Counted from the stretch's first letter, positions 48,047 through 60,348 are shown. The stretch: DNA of 64,000 nucleotides from Sulfurimonadaceae bacterium (GCA_041596355.1 JBFHIS010000005.1:29430-93429); one strand, 5' to 3'. Made by a program: numbers and translations. Notes: generated by a model not told the origin, from the letters alone.

Positions 48047-49753
48047 ATGCCAACAGAACTACTACCGACATTGATTATCCCGGGGATAATCTTAGTCTCT
48101 CTTGTGACCATGGGATTAATCCTGGCCCGTCTATATCAACGCGCTTCAAAAGAGCTTTCATTTGTCAGAACAGGTCTGGGAGGAGAAAAAGTCATAATGA
48201 ACGGCGGGGCACTTGTTCTACCTGTTTTACATGAGGTCATTCCCGTTAACATGAACACCCTCCGTCTCGAAGTACGGCGTGCGAACGAACAGGCGCTTAT
48301 TACGAAAGATCGTATGCGTGTCGATGTGCTTGCCGAATTTTATGTACGTGTCCGTCCGACAGTGGATTCGATCGCGCAGGCAGCGCAGACACTGGGGACG
48401 CGAACGACACGTACGGAAGCACTTAAAGAGCTTATTGAAGGTAAATTTGTTGACTCACTTCGTGCCGTTGCTGCCGAGATGGAGATGGTTGAACTGCATG
48501 AGAAACGTGTCGACTTCGTACAGAAGGTACAGCAGGTCGTTTCAGAAGATCTGCTGAAAAATGGTCTTGAACTCGAATCGGTCTCGTTAACAGGGCTTGA
48601 CCAGACCAATAAGAAATTTTTCAATCCGGATAATGCTTTTGATGCCGAAGGTCTGACCCGTCTGACAGAAGAGATTGAGAGCCGTCGTAAAACACGTAAT
48701 GATATTGAGCGCGATACCAATGTCCAGATCGAACGAAAAAACCTTGAAACTGAACAGTACTCTCTTGAGATTCAAAAAGAGGAAGAATATGCACGTTTAG
48801 AGCAGGAACGCGAGATTGCTATTCGACGTGCGCAACAAATGGCGGAAATCGCAAGTGAAGAATCGCAGAAACGCCGCGATGCTGAGAATGCGCGTATCGG
48901 TGCTGAACAAGATGTAAAACAAAAAGAGATCGCGGCTGAGCGTGAAGTAGAACAAGACCGTATTGCCAAAGAGCAGTTAATCGAGCAAAAAGATATTGAG
49001 AAGAAAAAGAGCATTGAGCTGGCAGAACAAGATCGTGAGATCGCTATCGCCGAAAAGTCAAAAGAGCAGTCCATTGCTCAGACGCAAGCTGATAAAGCCC
49101 GTGCAGAGGCCGTAAAAGCGCAAGAACAAGTTATCACTGTCCGTGAGCGAGAGAAAGCAGAACGCCAAAAAGTGATCGAGTTAGTCGAAGCACAGCAGAT
49201 CGCAGAACGTGATGCTATCAGTATAAAAGTCGGTGCAGAAGCTGAAAAGCAGGCGGCAGAAGATACGGCCGATGCGCAGCGTACATTGGCGCAAGGTGAA
49301 GCTGACAAACATCGTATTACGGCAGAAGGTCTGGCCGCAGCCGAAAAGCTTGAAGCAGAAGCTGCTGCGATCCGTTACAACGTTGACGCCGAAGGTAAGC
49401 AAGCCATCAATAACGCGGCAAATATCCTCTCTCCTGAACAGATCGCTATGCAGATCAAGATGCGATTGATCGAGCAACTTCCGGAGATCATCGCGCAGAG
49501 CGTCCGACCAATGGAGAAGATCGACAGTATCAAGATCATGCAGCTTGACGGCTTTACGCAACAAGCCGGCAGCGGACAAGCCGGCGGAGCGGAAGGGAAT
49601 CAGCCTGAAGGCAGTCTACCTGACCAGCTCGTGAACAGTGCGTTGAAGTACAAAGCACAGGCCCCGATAGTCGATTCGCTGCTTCAGGAACTTGGACTGA
49701 ACAGCGGTGATATAACAGGGTTCAGTAAGCAGTTCACAGAGACGAAGAGCTAA
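48047..49753 (+). CDS. flotillin-like SPFH domain protein (YqiK/FloT-like)
   Basis: N-terminal TM; SPFH core; long EA-rich coiled-coil repeats; 568 aa. Confidence 0.85.
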   Translation: MPTELLPTLIIPGIILVSLVTMGLILARLYQRASKELSFVRTGLGGEKVIMNGGALVLPVLHEVIPVNMNTLRLEVRRANEQALITKDRMRVDVLAEFYVRVRPTVDSIAQAAQTLGTRTTRTEALKELIEGKFVDSLRAVAAEMEMVELHEKRVDFVQKVQQVVSEDLLKNGLELESVSLTGLDQTNKKFFNPDNAFDAEGLTRLTEEIESRRKTRNDIERDTNVQIERKNLETEQYSLEIQKEEEYARLEQEREIAIRRAQQMAEIASEESQKRRDAENARIGAEQDVKQKEIAAEREVEQDRIAKEQLIEQKDIEKKKSIELAEQDREIAIAEKSKEQSIAQTQADKARAEAVKAQEQVITVREREKAERQKVIELVEAQQIAERDAISIKVGAEAEKQAAEDTADAQRTLAQGEADKHRITAEGLAAAEKLEAEAAAIRYNVDAEGKQAINNAANILSPEQIAMQIKMRLIEQLPEIIAQSVRPMEKIDSIKIMQLDGFTQQAGSGQAGGAEGNQPEGSLPDQLVNSALKYKAQAPIVDSLLQELGLNSGDITGFSKQFTETKS

Positions 49754-49935
49754 GCGGCTCTGTCCTGACCTTTAAACTCCTTCATAGAGTAAGGTCTTTT
49801 CGTCTATACAATAAAGCTTTGAAGAAAGGGTATGCCGGAACAGACTCAAACATACCGAATCCCGATATCTTTTTAAAAATCTACCCGCTTTCTTAGAATG
49901 TTATAAGCCGTTCTAAGGCGCAGAAGAAACTTCTT

Positions 49936-50229
49936 TTGCTCTCTTCGGATATGATTGAACATTCGAGCATATCCTCATTTTATGACAAAGGGATATTGAA
50001 AAACATTGACATAGATAGAGAGTTTAAAAAGTATCTCAAACGTGACTTGGTAAGTGATTTTTATGGAACCAGAGTATTTGTCGTCGGTTCAGGTGTAAGC
50101 AGCAAAAAACATTACAACGATCCTAAAATCATGAGACAACTTAAAGGTTTTTGGGAGCGCTACATTACAAAGAATCGGGCTGAACTTGTTGAATTTGGTC
50201 AACCGGTACCTCTTGGCGGTATCTTTTAA
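49936..50229 (+). CDS. hypothetical protein
   Basis: 97-aa ORF with no family signal. Confidence 0.35.
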   Translation: MLSSDMIEHSSISSFYDKGILKNIDIDREFKKYLKRDLVSDFYGTRVFVVGSGVSSKKHYNDPKIMRQLKGFWERYITKNRAELVEFGQPVPLGGIF

Positions 50230-50359
50230 TGTCAGTATATATTATTAAGGTTATTGTTTACTAATAGAGTTGTCAGCACTTTTTAGATATTATTGCCAAA
50301 ATTTTTATCCAGCCTAGAGCGATATTTTTGCTTGAAGACGGCACTACTAAAGGGACCCA

Positions 50360-51661
50360 ATGAACGTTACAACTAACAAAATCGATGGCGCTAACGCTAC
50401 AATCGCTGCAACTATTACAAACGACGCAATTGCTGCAAACGTAGAAAAGATCGCAAAACAACTTGCGAAAACAACTAACATCCCAGGTTTCCGTAAAGGT
50501 AAAGTGCCTGTATCTGCTGTGAAAAAACAGTACGGTGAGAAGTTGGTACAAGATGCAGAAAGCGAAGCACTTCGTGAAGTACTTACGGCAGGTCTTAAAG
50601 AGATCGGTGTAGCAAACGAAGATATGATCGGCGAGCCGCAGATCACCAAGTTTGATAAAGGTGACGAGAGCATCGATGTAGAAGTGACTGTGGCAATGCG
50701 TCCGCAGATCGATCTTGGCGACTACGCTAAACTTGTTCCTGCATTCAAAACGCCTAAAATCACAGCTGCTGCTGTTAAAGAGCGTATTGATGAACTTGCG
50801 ATGCAGCAAGCCGAACTTGTGACTGTTGATGAAGATCGTGCACTGGTTGAAGGTGATACTGCTGTGATCGACTTTGAAGGTTCTGTTGACGGTGAGCTTT
50901 TTGAAGGCGGTTCAGCGCAAGGTTTTGCCTTGACGTTAGGTTCCAAGCAATTCATCCCTGGTTTCGAAGACCAGGTTATCGGTATGAACAAGGGCGAAGA
51001 AAAAGTGGTTAAAGTGACTTTCCCGGAGAACTACGGTGGTGAAGCACTTGCCGGTAAAGATGCTGAGTTCAAAGTAACAGTAAATGAGATCCAGACTAAA
51101 AAGAAACCTCGTCAAGATGCGAAACTTGCTGCAAAAATGCTTCCGGGTGAAGAAGATGCAACAATGGATATGGTCAAAGAGAAGGTTCAGGAGCAGTTGG
51201 AGAACGAAGCTAAATCAAAGCTTTACAATGACGAACTGAAACCGCAGGTCCTTGAAGCACTTGTTGCAAATATCGAAGTCGCTCTTCCAAAATTTGTTGT
51301 CGATCAAGAGATGGATATGGCCCTTAACAAAAAAGCGCAGACAATGAGCGAAGATGAGATCAAAGCGCTTCAGGAAGACGCTGCAAAAGTAACAGAACTT
51401 CGTGAAGAAGGTCGTGAAGATGCTGAGCGTTCTGTAAAAGCTACGTTTATCATTGATGCACTGGCTAAGGCTGAAGGTATTGCTGTTGCTGAGCAGGAAG
51501 TCATGCAGACTATCTACTTCGAAGCGATGCAGATGGGGCAAGACCCTGCAGCTGTTTACAAGCAGTACCAGGAGTCAGGTTATCTTCCGGCTGTTCAGAT
51601 GGCGATGGTCGAGGACAAGGTTCTTTCTCAACTTCTTAACAACACTGGCAAAGACGCGTAA
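50360..51661 (+). CDS. tig: trigger factor
   Basis: 433 aa; N-terminal ribosome-binding GFRKGKVP signature; PPIase middle domain. Confidence 0.92.
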   Translation: MNVTTNKIDGANATIAATITNDAIAANVEKIAKQLAKTTNIPGFRKGKVPVSAVKKQYGEKLVQDAESEALREVLTAGLKEIGVANEDMIGEPQITKFDKGDESIDVEVTVAMRPQIDLGDYAKLVPAFKTPKITAAAVKERIDELAMQQAELVTVDEDRALVEGDTAVIDFEGSVDGELFEGGSAQGFALTLGSKQFIPGFEDQVIGMNKGEEKVVKVTFPENYGGEALAGKDAEFKVTVNEIQTKKKPRQDAKLAAKMLPGEEDATMDMVKEKVQEQLENEAKSKLYNDELKPQVLEALVANIEVALPKFVVDQEMDMALNKKAQTMSEDEIKALQEDAAKVTELREEGREDAERSVKATFIIDALAKAEGIAVAEQEVMQTIYFEAMQMGQDPAAVYKQYQESGYLPAVQMAMVEDKVLSQLLNNTGKDA

Positions 51662-52254
51662 TGAGCTATATTCCTTACGTTGTTGAGAAGACAGGTCGTG
51701 GTGAACGTTCTTATGACATCTATTCACGTCTATTAAAAGATCGTATCATCATGTTAAGTGGTGAAGTAAACGATCAGGTCGCCTCAACGATCGTAGCACA
51801 GATGCTTTTTCTGGAAGCAGAAGATCCGGAAAAAGATATCTATTTTTACATCAACTCTCCAGGCGGTGTAGTCACAGCGGGCATGGCGATCTATGACACG
51901 ATGAACTACATCCGTCCTGATGTTGCGACTATCTGTATCGGTCAAGCCGCGTCAATGGGTTCATTTTTACTGAGTGCCGGTGAAAAAGGTAAGCGTTTTG
52001 CACTGCCGCATGCACGCATTATGATCCATCAGCCACTTGGCGGGGCCCAGGGACAAGCGAGTGATATCGCGATTCAGGCGAAAGAGATCTTACGTATGAA
52101 AGCGGAGCTCAATGATATCCTGGCTAAAAATACAGGTCAAAAGATCGAGACAATTGAGAAAGACACTGACCGTGACAACTTCATGAGTGCACAAGAGTCA
52201 TTAGACTATGGTCTGATCGATGAAGTTCTGACTAAAAAAGAGAAGAGCGAATAA
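51661..52254 (+). CDS. clpP: ATP-dependent Clp protease proteolytic subunit
   Basis: GQAASMGS catalytic Ser; His-Asp triad context; 197 aa; start overlaps the tig stop. Confidence 0.95.
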   Translation: MSYIPYVVEKTGRGERSYDIYSRLLKDRIIMLSGEVNDQVASTIVAQMLFLEAEDPEKDIYFYINSPGGVVTAGMAIYDTMNYIRPDVATICIGQAASMGSFLLSAGEKGKRFALPHARIMIHQPLGGAQGQASDIAIQAKEILRMKAELNDILAKNTGQKIETIEKDTDRDNFMSAQESLDYGLIDEVLTKKEKSE

Positions 52255-52276
52255 GCTCCTTTTCTAAAGAATAACC

Positions 52277-52807
52277 ATGATACTTCCGATTGTAACTTAC
52301 CCAGATAAACGTCTTAAACTTCTCTCTCAGCCTGTGACTGAATTTGATGTTGATCTGCACACTTTTTTGGATGATATGTATGAGACGATGATCATGACTA
52401 ACGGCATCGGTCTTGCCGCGATTCAGGTTGACCGTGCTATTAATGTTCTCATTATCAATATTCCCAATGATGATGAAGAGGGGACTCAAGATAAAGAGAA
52501 CCTTCTTGAAATAATCAACCCTAAGATTACTTATAGTGAAGGGACAACCGTCTATCAAGAGGGTTGTCTGAGTGTGCCGAAGTTTTACGAGGATGTGGAA
52601 CGTTTTGAGAAGATCAGCATTACGTATCACGATCGTCACGGCAACGAGTGCTCACTTGATGCCGAGGGGTTGTTGAGTATTGCGATTCAACATGAGATGG
52701 ATCATCTTCTCGGAAAACTCTTTATTGAGAAGCTTTCGTATGCCCGCCGAAAGAAGTTTGAAAAAGAGTATAAGAGAATGCAAAAAGAGAAGAAAGTCGG
52801 CAAATAG
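52277..52807 (+). CDS. def: peptide deformylase
   Basis: GIGLAAIQV, EGCLSVP and QHEMDHL motifs. Confidence 0.93.
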   Translation: MILPIVTYPDKRLKLLSQPVTEFDVDLHTFLDDMYETMIMTNGIGLAAIQVDRAINVLIINIPNDDEEGTQDKENLLEIINPKITYSEGTTVYQEGCLSVPKFYEDVERFEKISITYHDRHGNECSLDAEGLLSIAIQHEMDHLLGKLFIEKLSYARRKKFEKEYKRMQKEKKVGK

Positions 52808-53091
52808 AACACTTTCTACTGCTTTTAAGCAGTCATCCATCCACTCACATTTCTTTTATCCTCCCGTCGTAAGCATCCATATCCTTCATCTTTATTTTGT
52901 CGTACTTTGTCTTCTTCATTGAATGATTTACCAATTACCTTGTATTCCTCAGCATGGATCTGCAACATAAGAAAAGCGATGGAAAGAGTGTAGAGTGGGC
53001 ACTTTGTATGCATCTTTCTTATACATCTCTTCAAATATAATCACTGAATAATCACCGAATGATCTCATTTCTTAAAGCAAAGGCAGTATAA

Positions 53092-54414
<1,323 letters not shown>

Positions 54415-54438
54415 GACATATAAGAGAAAGGATTACCA

Positions 54439-55413
54439 ATGGCAAAGAATGACATATTAGGCGAATCTCTATGGGACGCTTACTCAAATAAAGTAACAAC
54501 ATTGATGAATAACCCTCAACACCAGGGTGAGATCACAGAAGAGGAAGCAGCCGGCAATGGAAACAAGCTAATCGTTGCTGACTTCGGTGCAGAGTCTTGT
54601 GGTGATGCAGTTCGTCTATACTGGGAAATTGATCCGGAGTCTGACAAGATCGTAAATTCAAAATTTAAAAGTTTTGGTTGTGGTACGGCTATCGCATCTT
54701 CTGATGTAATGACAGAACTTTGTATCGGCAAGACAGTTCAAGAAGCGGTCAAGATCACTAATATTGATGTTGAGATGGCACTTCGTGACGATCCTGAGAC
54801 ACCGGCAGTTCCACCGCAAAAGATGCACTGTTCAGTCATGGCGTATGACGTTATTAAAAAAGCGGCAGGTCTTTATATGGGCGTTGATGCTGAATCGTTT
54901 GAAGAAGAGATCATCGTGTGTGAATGTGCACGCGTTAGTCTTGGAACGCTTCAAGAGGTTATCAAACTCAATGACTTGACAACGGTTGCTCAAATCACGG
55001 ACTATACGAAAGCCGGCGGTTTTTGTAAGTCTTGTATCAAGCCTGGCGGACATGAAGATCGTGAGCACTACCTTGTTGACATCCTTGCAGACACACGTAA
55101 GAAGATGGACGAAGAGAAGATGGCAGCAGCTGCAGACGCAGGTGCAACCGGTGATTTCGAATCGATGACACTTGTTCAGCAGATCAAAGCGATCGATGCT
55201 GTCATTGATGAAAGCGTTCGTCAATTCCTGGTAATGGACGGTGGTGACATGGAAGTTATCGATATCAAAAACTCTGACGAGTATATCGATGTCTATATCC
55301 GTTACCTTGGTGCATGTTCATCTTGTTCATCATCAGCAACCGGGACTCTTTATGCAATTGAGTCGACGCTTAAAGAGAAACTTTCTAATAAAGTCCGCGT
55401 TCTACCGATCTAA
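54439..55413 (+). CDS. nifU: NifU-type Fe-S cluster scaffold (three-domain)
   Basis: N-terminal IscU-like ESCGDAV..GCGTAIASSD; central CxxC ferredoxin-like domain; C-terminal NFU domain LGACSSC. Confidence 0.88.
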   Translation: MAKNDILGESLWDAYSNKVTTLMNNPQHQGEITEEEAAGNGNKLIVADFGAESCGDAVRLYWEIDPESDKIVNSKFKSFGCGTAIASSDVMTELCIGKTVQEAVKITNIDVEMALRDDPETPAVPPQKMHCSVMAYDVIKKAAGLYMGVDAESFEEEIIVCECARVSLGTLQEVIKLNDLTTVAQITDYTKAGGFCKSCIKPGGHEDREHYLVDILADTRKKMDEEKMAAAADAGATGDFESMTLVQQIKAIDAVIDESVRQFLVMDGGDMEVIDIKNSDEYIDVYIRYLGACSSCSSSATGTLYAIESTLKEKLSNKVRVLPI

Positions 55414-55583
55414 TTTTCAATTGTACTCCTGTATTTTACAGGGGTATGAACCCTTCTGCTGACACGTATAGTGTCTTTTAACCTTCTGTCTTTTTTTTAA
55501 ACATATTCCATTTCTTTGTTTACACTTTTGTGGTTATAATTGATTTATGAGCATATGTCGTTTCATCATTTGAAGCCTCTAAT

Positions 55584-57083
55584 ATGTTCCTATCTTTAGT
55601 TGAAGGATCCACTTTGAGTGATTCACAAAACTGCTACCTTCTAGACACCTCCGTTATTTTAGATGATCCCCTCAATATACTTAAAATCTCTGAGAATAAT
55701 GAAAATATAGTTGCTATTACAGATGTTGTTTTAGCCGAGCTTAACAATAAAAAAGATGATATGCGTTCTGATGCAGGTTTTCGAGCCAGGGAGTTCTTTA
55801 GACTTTCAGATAACGATAAAAGCGGCATGATAAGTTTTGATGAATTGCCGGACTGTTTAAAAAATTGCAGGACAAAAGAGGCCTGTACAGATGACCTTTA
55901 TTACCGTCTGATATTACCGTTCGAACCGTCACAAGTAGGCAGTATAGATTTTGACAATGAGACGCCACTCTATATTGTCTACCGAAGTGATTACCGTATG
56001 GACCGGACGTTTAGTGAAGCTAAAGGGCTTAATGATGCAAAGATCGGCGAGATCGCCAAGGATTACGGTCTTTCACTATTAACCAACGACATCTCTTTTA
56101 AGATCGCAGCCGAGGTACAGGGCATTCCAACTGAAAGCATACGCAACTCACGTGTTGAAGATGCTGACAGTATTGAATTTGCACACTGCTACTATTATGA
56201 AGATGAACCAAAGATCGATGATGAAGATGAACATCATAATTATGAACAGATCACCTTTATAGAGAAGGCAAAGAGCGATCAAAATGAGATCTACGAGACC
56301 GGTATCCAGCGTTATGCGATTAATCTCAACGGATCAATGGAATGGTGTGATTTTGACAAACGTTTCGGAGAATATTTTGACGACAATCTTGTTCGTCCGA
56401 TCAACTTGGAGCAGAAATTCTATTTTACAATCATGACACATCCGCAAAACAGCGTAACAGTGGTTGCCGGTGCAACAGGTTCCGGAAAAACATTAATCGC
56501 TCTTCAAGCGGGTCTGGAGATGGTCAAAGAGGGGATCGTAGAGGGGATCGTTTATGCCCGTAACACAGTAACGGCGAGTGACCCTCAGGCCGAACTTGGT
56601 TACCGTAAGGGCGACCAGGACCAAAAGTTGGGTTATTTCATGTACCCTCTCTATTCGGCAGTCAACTTTACGATTGAACATCAGACCAAAAACTCTATCG
56701 ATGCACAGGTAGAGTTTACAGGCAATACAAACTCCATTCAGCGTGAAAATGCGACGGAACAGTTTATGGCAAAGTACAACATCGAAGTGATGGATATCGC
56801 GCACCTAAGAGGGACGACGATCTCACGAAAATTTGTCATTATAGATGAAGCACAGAACATGACGAATGCGACACTGAAGTTGATCGGTACACGTATGGGC
56901 GACGAAACACGCCTTGTCATCATGGGTGACCCACACCAGATAGATCATCCATTTTTGTCCAAACGACGCAATGCCCTGGTCTCGCTGCTTCAAAAAGCGA
57001 AACATACAGATTTTGTAGCCGGTATTCAGCTGCGGCATACGATCCGTAGTGAGGTGGCCAATTGGTTTGACAAAAACCTCTAG
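55584..57083 (+). CDS. PIN-domain PhoH-like ATPase (YlaK-like)
   Basis: N-terminal PIN (CYLLDTSVILDDP); PhoH P-loop VVAGATGSGKT; IIDEAQN. A TTG start at 55614 with a GAAGGA RBS is a plausible alternative. Confidence 0.85.
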   Translation: MFLSLVEGSTLSDSQNCYLLDTSVILDDPLNILKISENNENIVAITDVVLAELNNKKDDMRSDAGFRAREFFRLSDNDKSGMISFDELPDCLKNCRTKEACTDDLYYRLILPFEPSQVGSIDFDNETPLYIVYRSDYRMDRTFSEAKGLNDAKIGEIAKDYGLSLLTNDISFKIAAEVQGIPTESIRNSRVEDADSIEFAHCYYYEDEPKIDDEDEHHNYEQITFIEKAKSDQNEIYETGIQRYAINLNGSMEWCDFDKRFGEYFDDNLVRPINLEQKFYFTIMTHPQNSVTVVAGATGSGKTLIALQAGLEMVKEGIVEGIVYARNTVTASDPQAELGYRKGDQDQKLGYFMYPLYSAVNFTIEHQTKNSIDAQVEFTGNTNSIQRENATEQFMAKYNIEVMDIAHLRGTTISRKFVIIDEAQNMTNATLKLIGTRMGDETRLVIMGDPHQIDHPFLSKRRNALVSLLQKAKHTDFVAGIQLRHTIRSEVANWFDKNL

Positions 57084-57125
57084 GGAAGAGATGGCATTTA
57101 CCGATAGTTGTGTAGAATAGCTGTT

Positions 57126-57734
57126 ATGAAACAGGCATATCAATTTACGCTTATACTCTTAATGGCTGCTGTGTTTGCAGGTTGTGGTGATAACAGTACC
57201 CAAAACCCTTACATGATGGGTGAAAAACCAGCGGACAAGAAGCAGGTCTATACGGTCTCTAATCAAAGCAAAGACAGCGCCGTTGTCATAGCGTCGATCG
57301 AAGGAGAAACGCAAAAAGAGATTGCCAAGATCAACAAAGAGCGTGATGTCGAGCTTCAAAAGCTGGCGCAGAACACGAAGCTTGTTGAGATCAACGCACA
57401 AAATGAGATAGCCGTTAAAGAGCACAACCTCTCCACTTTTGTACAAGAGAGTGATTACGCGTTTAAAAAGAGTACCCTGATAGTAGTCTCCTTTGCACTG
57501 ATCGCATTTCTCGCCTTGGCGCTTTATATGTTTAGAAAACGCCGTGAAGATAAGTTGAAAATGCATGAGAACGAACTGCAAAAAGAGATGTATATTCGTG
57601 AAAAAGAGCTGCAGGTGAAGATGGCTGAGAAGATCCTCGATACCATTGCAAGTGGAAAGCTTTCCAAAGAACGCGAGCAGCATCTGTTGGAGACTTTTGA
57701 CAAGGCGGCACCGGGGTTACCTAACAAGAAGTAG
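57126..57734 (+). CDS. hypothetical lipoprotein with coiled-coil and one internal TM segment
   Basis: Lipobox AVFAGC; start ambiguous (the track gives 57108). Confidence 0.5.
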   Translation: MKQAYQFTLILLMAAVFAGCGDNSTQNPYMMGEKPADKKQVYTVSNQSKDSAVVIASIEGETQKEIAKINKERDVELQKLAQNTKLVEINAQNEIAVKEHNLSTFVQESDYAFKKSTLIVVSFALIAFLALALYMFRKRREDKLKMHENELQKEMYIREKELQVKMAEKILDTIASGKLSKEREQHLLETFDKAAPGLPNKK

Positions 57735-57849
57735 TCTGCGACAGGCTTTTTGGTTTTGCACTTGAAATAATTGTATACCCTTTAATTCTTTATTGGCTTC
57801 TCTTTATTTTTTAGTACAGGCGTATCGTTGAAAAGTACAACTTTCGTCT

Positions 57850-58310
57850 CATACACTCTTTCTTTTTTCACGACTCGGCATTTAGTGCCTCCCTGCATTG
57901 CGCTGTTGGCGCTGATACGCCGCAAAAAAATAAAACAAAAAAAGCGCTCGTGACGGCTTCGCAGTCGGTGGCTACCGACTGCTTTCCTTACAGTCGTTCT
58001 TTCGCTAAAAACTGCCGCACCGATGCTTCGCATAACGGTTTATCCAAAAAAACGTGCCTTACAGCACCTTTCTTTTGGCATATCGTCGGCTAAAAAACGC
58101 AAAGAAATTCGCCTTTTTCTTAAGGCCTTTGGCACTCCATACGCTCAACGCTGTAGATGCCACGACACAGGGCTAAAGCCCCGTACAGGGAGGCACTAAA
58201 TGCCGAGTCGTGAAAGAGCTAAGCGGTGACGCATTGATTTGAATGTAAAAGCTTTCGCTTTTGATTTAGTTTGAACTTTGTCGATGTAGAACTGCGTGTT
58301 GGTACAGCTA
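57850..58310 (+). repeat. intergenic repeat element, copy D (perfect 30-bp inverted repeat at 57866-57895 and 58186-58215 flanking 290 bp of conserved body blocks)
   Basis: TTTCACGACTCGGCATTTAGTGCCTCCCTG ... CAGGGAGGCACTAAATGCCGAGTCGTGAAA. The interior carries the GCGCTCGTGACGGCT, AGTCGGTGGCTACCGACT, TCGCTAAAAAC and GATGCCACGA blocks; the tail carries GGTGACGCAT, AAAGCTTTCGCTTTTGATT and TTTGAACTT. Confidence 0.6.
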
Positions 58311-58399
58311 GAACCTACGGAGGGATTTCGTAACTCCGAGTATTCTGATTGATCAAATTGTGACTGTGACCGCCATCGTGCTCTCTTTTTTTCGTTAGG

Positions 58400-58427
58400 T
58401 TTTTTCTCTGCACGAGCAGAGAAAAAA
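58400..58427. terminator. perfect 12-bp-stem hairpin (TTTTTTCTCTGC-acga-GCAGAGAAAAAA), likely a bidirectional terminator downstream of aroC
   Basis: Stem and loop read directly from the sequence; U-runs on both strands. Confidence 0.6.
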
Positions 58428-58594
58428 AGTGACATACTAGTGATTTGAAGTAATTAAAAAAGTTTGAACGTTCAAAAAAGTCACAAGTAATAGACCAAAG
58501 TCATAAAGTAAAAATAGTAAAAAGGACAAAGGAGTTAATTGTCTAGTAGATGACGTCTAATTAAGGACTCGAAGAAATGGAAGAAAGCGTAGAT

Positions 58595-59671
58595 TTACGC
58601 TTTGTAGTACCCTTTGATGCCATCCATCGTCCGCCCCATGTTAAGTAGTACCATGTCTGCTACCACAAGGGCTGCCATCGCTTCGGCAACGACAGAACCG
58701 CGAATAGCGACACAAGGATCATGGCGCCCTTTGAGGGCAAAGTCGACCTCTTCGTCATGGGTCGTTGTTGTATGCTGCTCAATGAAGATAGAAGGTGTCG
58801 GCTTGAAGTAGACGTTGACGCGAACCTCTTCGCCGTTACTGATACCGCCCAGAATACCGCCGGAATGGTTCGACTCAAAACCGCTGTTTCGAATAGGGTC
58901 ATTGTTGGTTGAACCGAAGGCTTTGGCACTCTCTGCACCGTCGCCGATCTCGACGGCTTTAACGGCATTTATTCCCATCATCGCTTCAGCCAGGACACCG
59001 TCGAGCTTATAGTAAAGCGGCTCGCCCAGACCGATCGGCAGGTTGCGCATTCTGATCTGCGCAACGCCGCCGACAGAGTCGTGACGGTTCTTGGCTTCGA
59101 TGATGGCATCTTTTTGGGCCTGTTCGACATTTTTATCGAGAGCATAGATCTCGCTGCCGGCGACATAGTCGTAGTCCAGTGTCTCAGCCTGGATACCTGC
59201 GATCTCGATAATACCGCTTTCAATCGTAATACCCAGCTCGTTTAACATCATTTTTGCCACGGCACCGGCAGCAACACGGGCGGCTGTTTCGCGTGCCGAC
59301 GAACGTCCGCCGCCGCGATAATCGCGAATGCCGTATTTATGCCAGTAGGTAAAGTCGGCATGCCCCGGTCGGAAGGTGTCTTTGATGTTGCTGTAGTCCT
59401 TGGACTTCTGGTTGGTGTTGTAGATGACCATGGCGATCGGTGTTCCGGTACTCAGCCCTTCGAATACACCGCTCAGGATCTCGACGCTGTCGGCCTCTTT
59501 ACGGGCAGTTGCGTATTCGTTTTGCCCGGGTTTACGGCGGTCAAGCTGGGCCTGGATATAGGCTTCATCGATAGTCAGACCAGCCGGTACGCCGTCAATC
59601 AGACAGCCGATCGCCTTACCGTGTGATTCACCAAACGTAGAAAAACTGAAACGGATGCCGAAACGGTTCAT
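58595..59671 (-). CDS. aroC: chorismate synthase
   Basis: MNRFGIRFSFSTFGESHGKAIGCLIDG N-terminus and other AroC motifs; 358 aa. Confidence 0.93.
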   Translation of the reverse strand: MNRFGIRFSFSTFGESHGKAIGCLIDGVPAGLTIDEAYIQAQLDRRKPGQNEYATARKEADSVEILSGVFEGLSTGTPIAMVIYNTNQKSKDYSNIKDTFRPGHADFTYWHKYGIRDYRGGGRSSARETAARVAAGAVAKMMLNELGITIESGIIEIAGIQAETLDYDYVAGSEIYALDKNVEQAQKDAIIEAKNRHDSVGGVAQIRMRNLPIGLGEPLYYKLDGVLAEAMMGINAVKAVEIGDGAESAKAFGSTNNDPIRNSGFESNHSGGILGGISNGEEVRVNVYFKPTPSIFIEQHTTTTHDEEVDFALKGRHDPCVAIRGSVVAEAMAALVVADMVLLNMGRTMDGIKGYYKA

Positions 59672-60348
59672 GAGCCACCCTTGTTTAATAAATTGATAGC
59701 GATTGCAGCAGATTCCTGCTGGGCCACTTTTTTGCTTTTTCCACTTGCCCGGGCGTACTCTTTGCCGTCGACAAAGACGGCGATCTCAAACTCTTTTTTA
59801 TGGTCAGGACCGTGTGAACGGACCAGCTTGTACTCAGGCGTCGTGCCAAAGAGTGCTTGTGTCATCTCCTGCAAGGTCGTTTTATAGTCTTTGAAAAGCG
59901 TGTCAAGAGAGATGTCAGGGTGGACCTCTTCCAAGAGTTTGATGCTAACGTCTCTTGCTTTTTCCAAGCCTGCCTCAAGGTACAAGGCCCCTATGATCGC
60001 TTCAAAAGCATTTGAGAGCAGAGAGGGCTTGGAACGACCGCCGTTGTTCTCTTCTGCATTGGACAAAAAGAGTTGCCCTCCCAAACTGATATGCTCGGCG
60101 AGTCGGGTAAACCCGTCTTCGTTGACCAGGGATGCCCGCATTTTGGAAAGTTTTCCTTCATCATGATTAGGAAAGTTTTCATAAAGGTATTGCCCGACAA
60201 TAAGGTCCAATACCGCATCTCCTAAAAACTCCAAACGTTCATTATTGTAGGGCTGCTTGTAACTTTTGTGCGTCAGCGCTTCAATAATGAGCTTTTTATC
60301 TGTAAAACTGTAATTCAGTCGATCTTCAAGTTTCTGTATCTCTTCCAT
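59668..60348 (-). CDS. rnc: ribonuclease III
   Basis: ERLEFLGDAVL catalytic signature; C-terminal dsRBD; 4-nt overlap with aroC. Confidence 0.93.
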   Translation of the reverse strand: MEEIQKLEDRLNYSFTDKKLIIEALTHKSYKQPYNNERLEFLGDAVLDLIVGQYLYENFPNHDEGKLSKMRASLVNEDGFTRLAEHISLGGQLFLSNAEENNGGRSKPSLLSNAFEAIIGALYLEAGLEKARDVSIKLLEEVHPDISLDTLFKDYKTTLQEMTQALFGTTPEYKLVRSHGPDHKKEFEIAVFVDGKEYARASGKSKKVAQQESAAIAINLLNKGGS

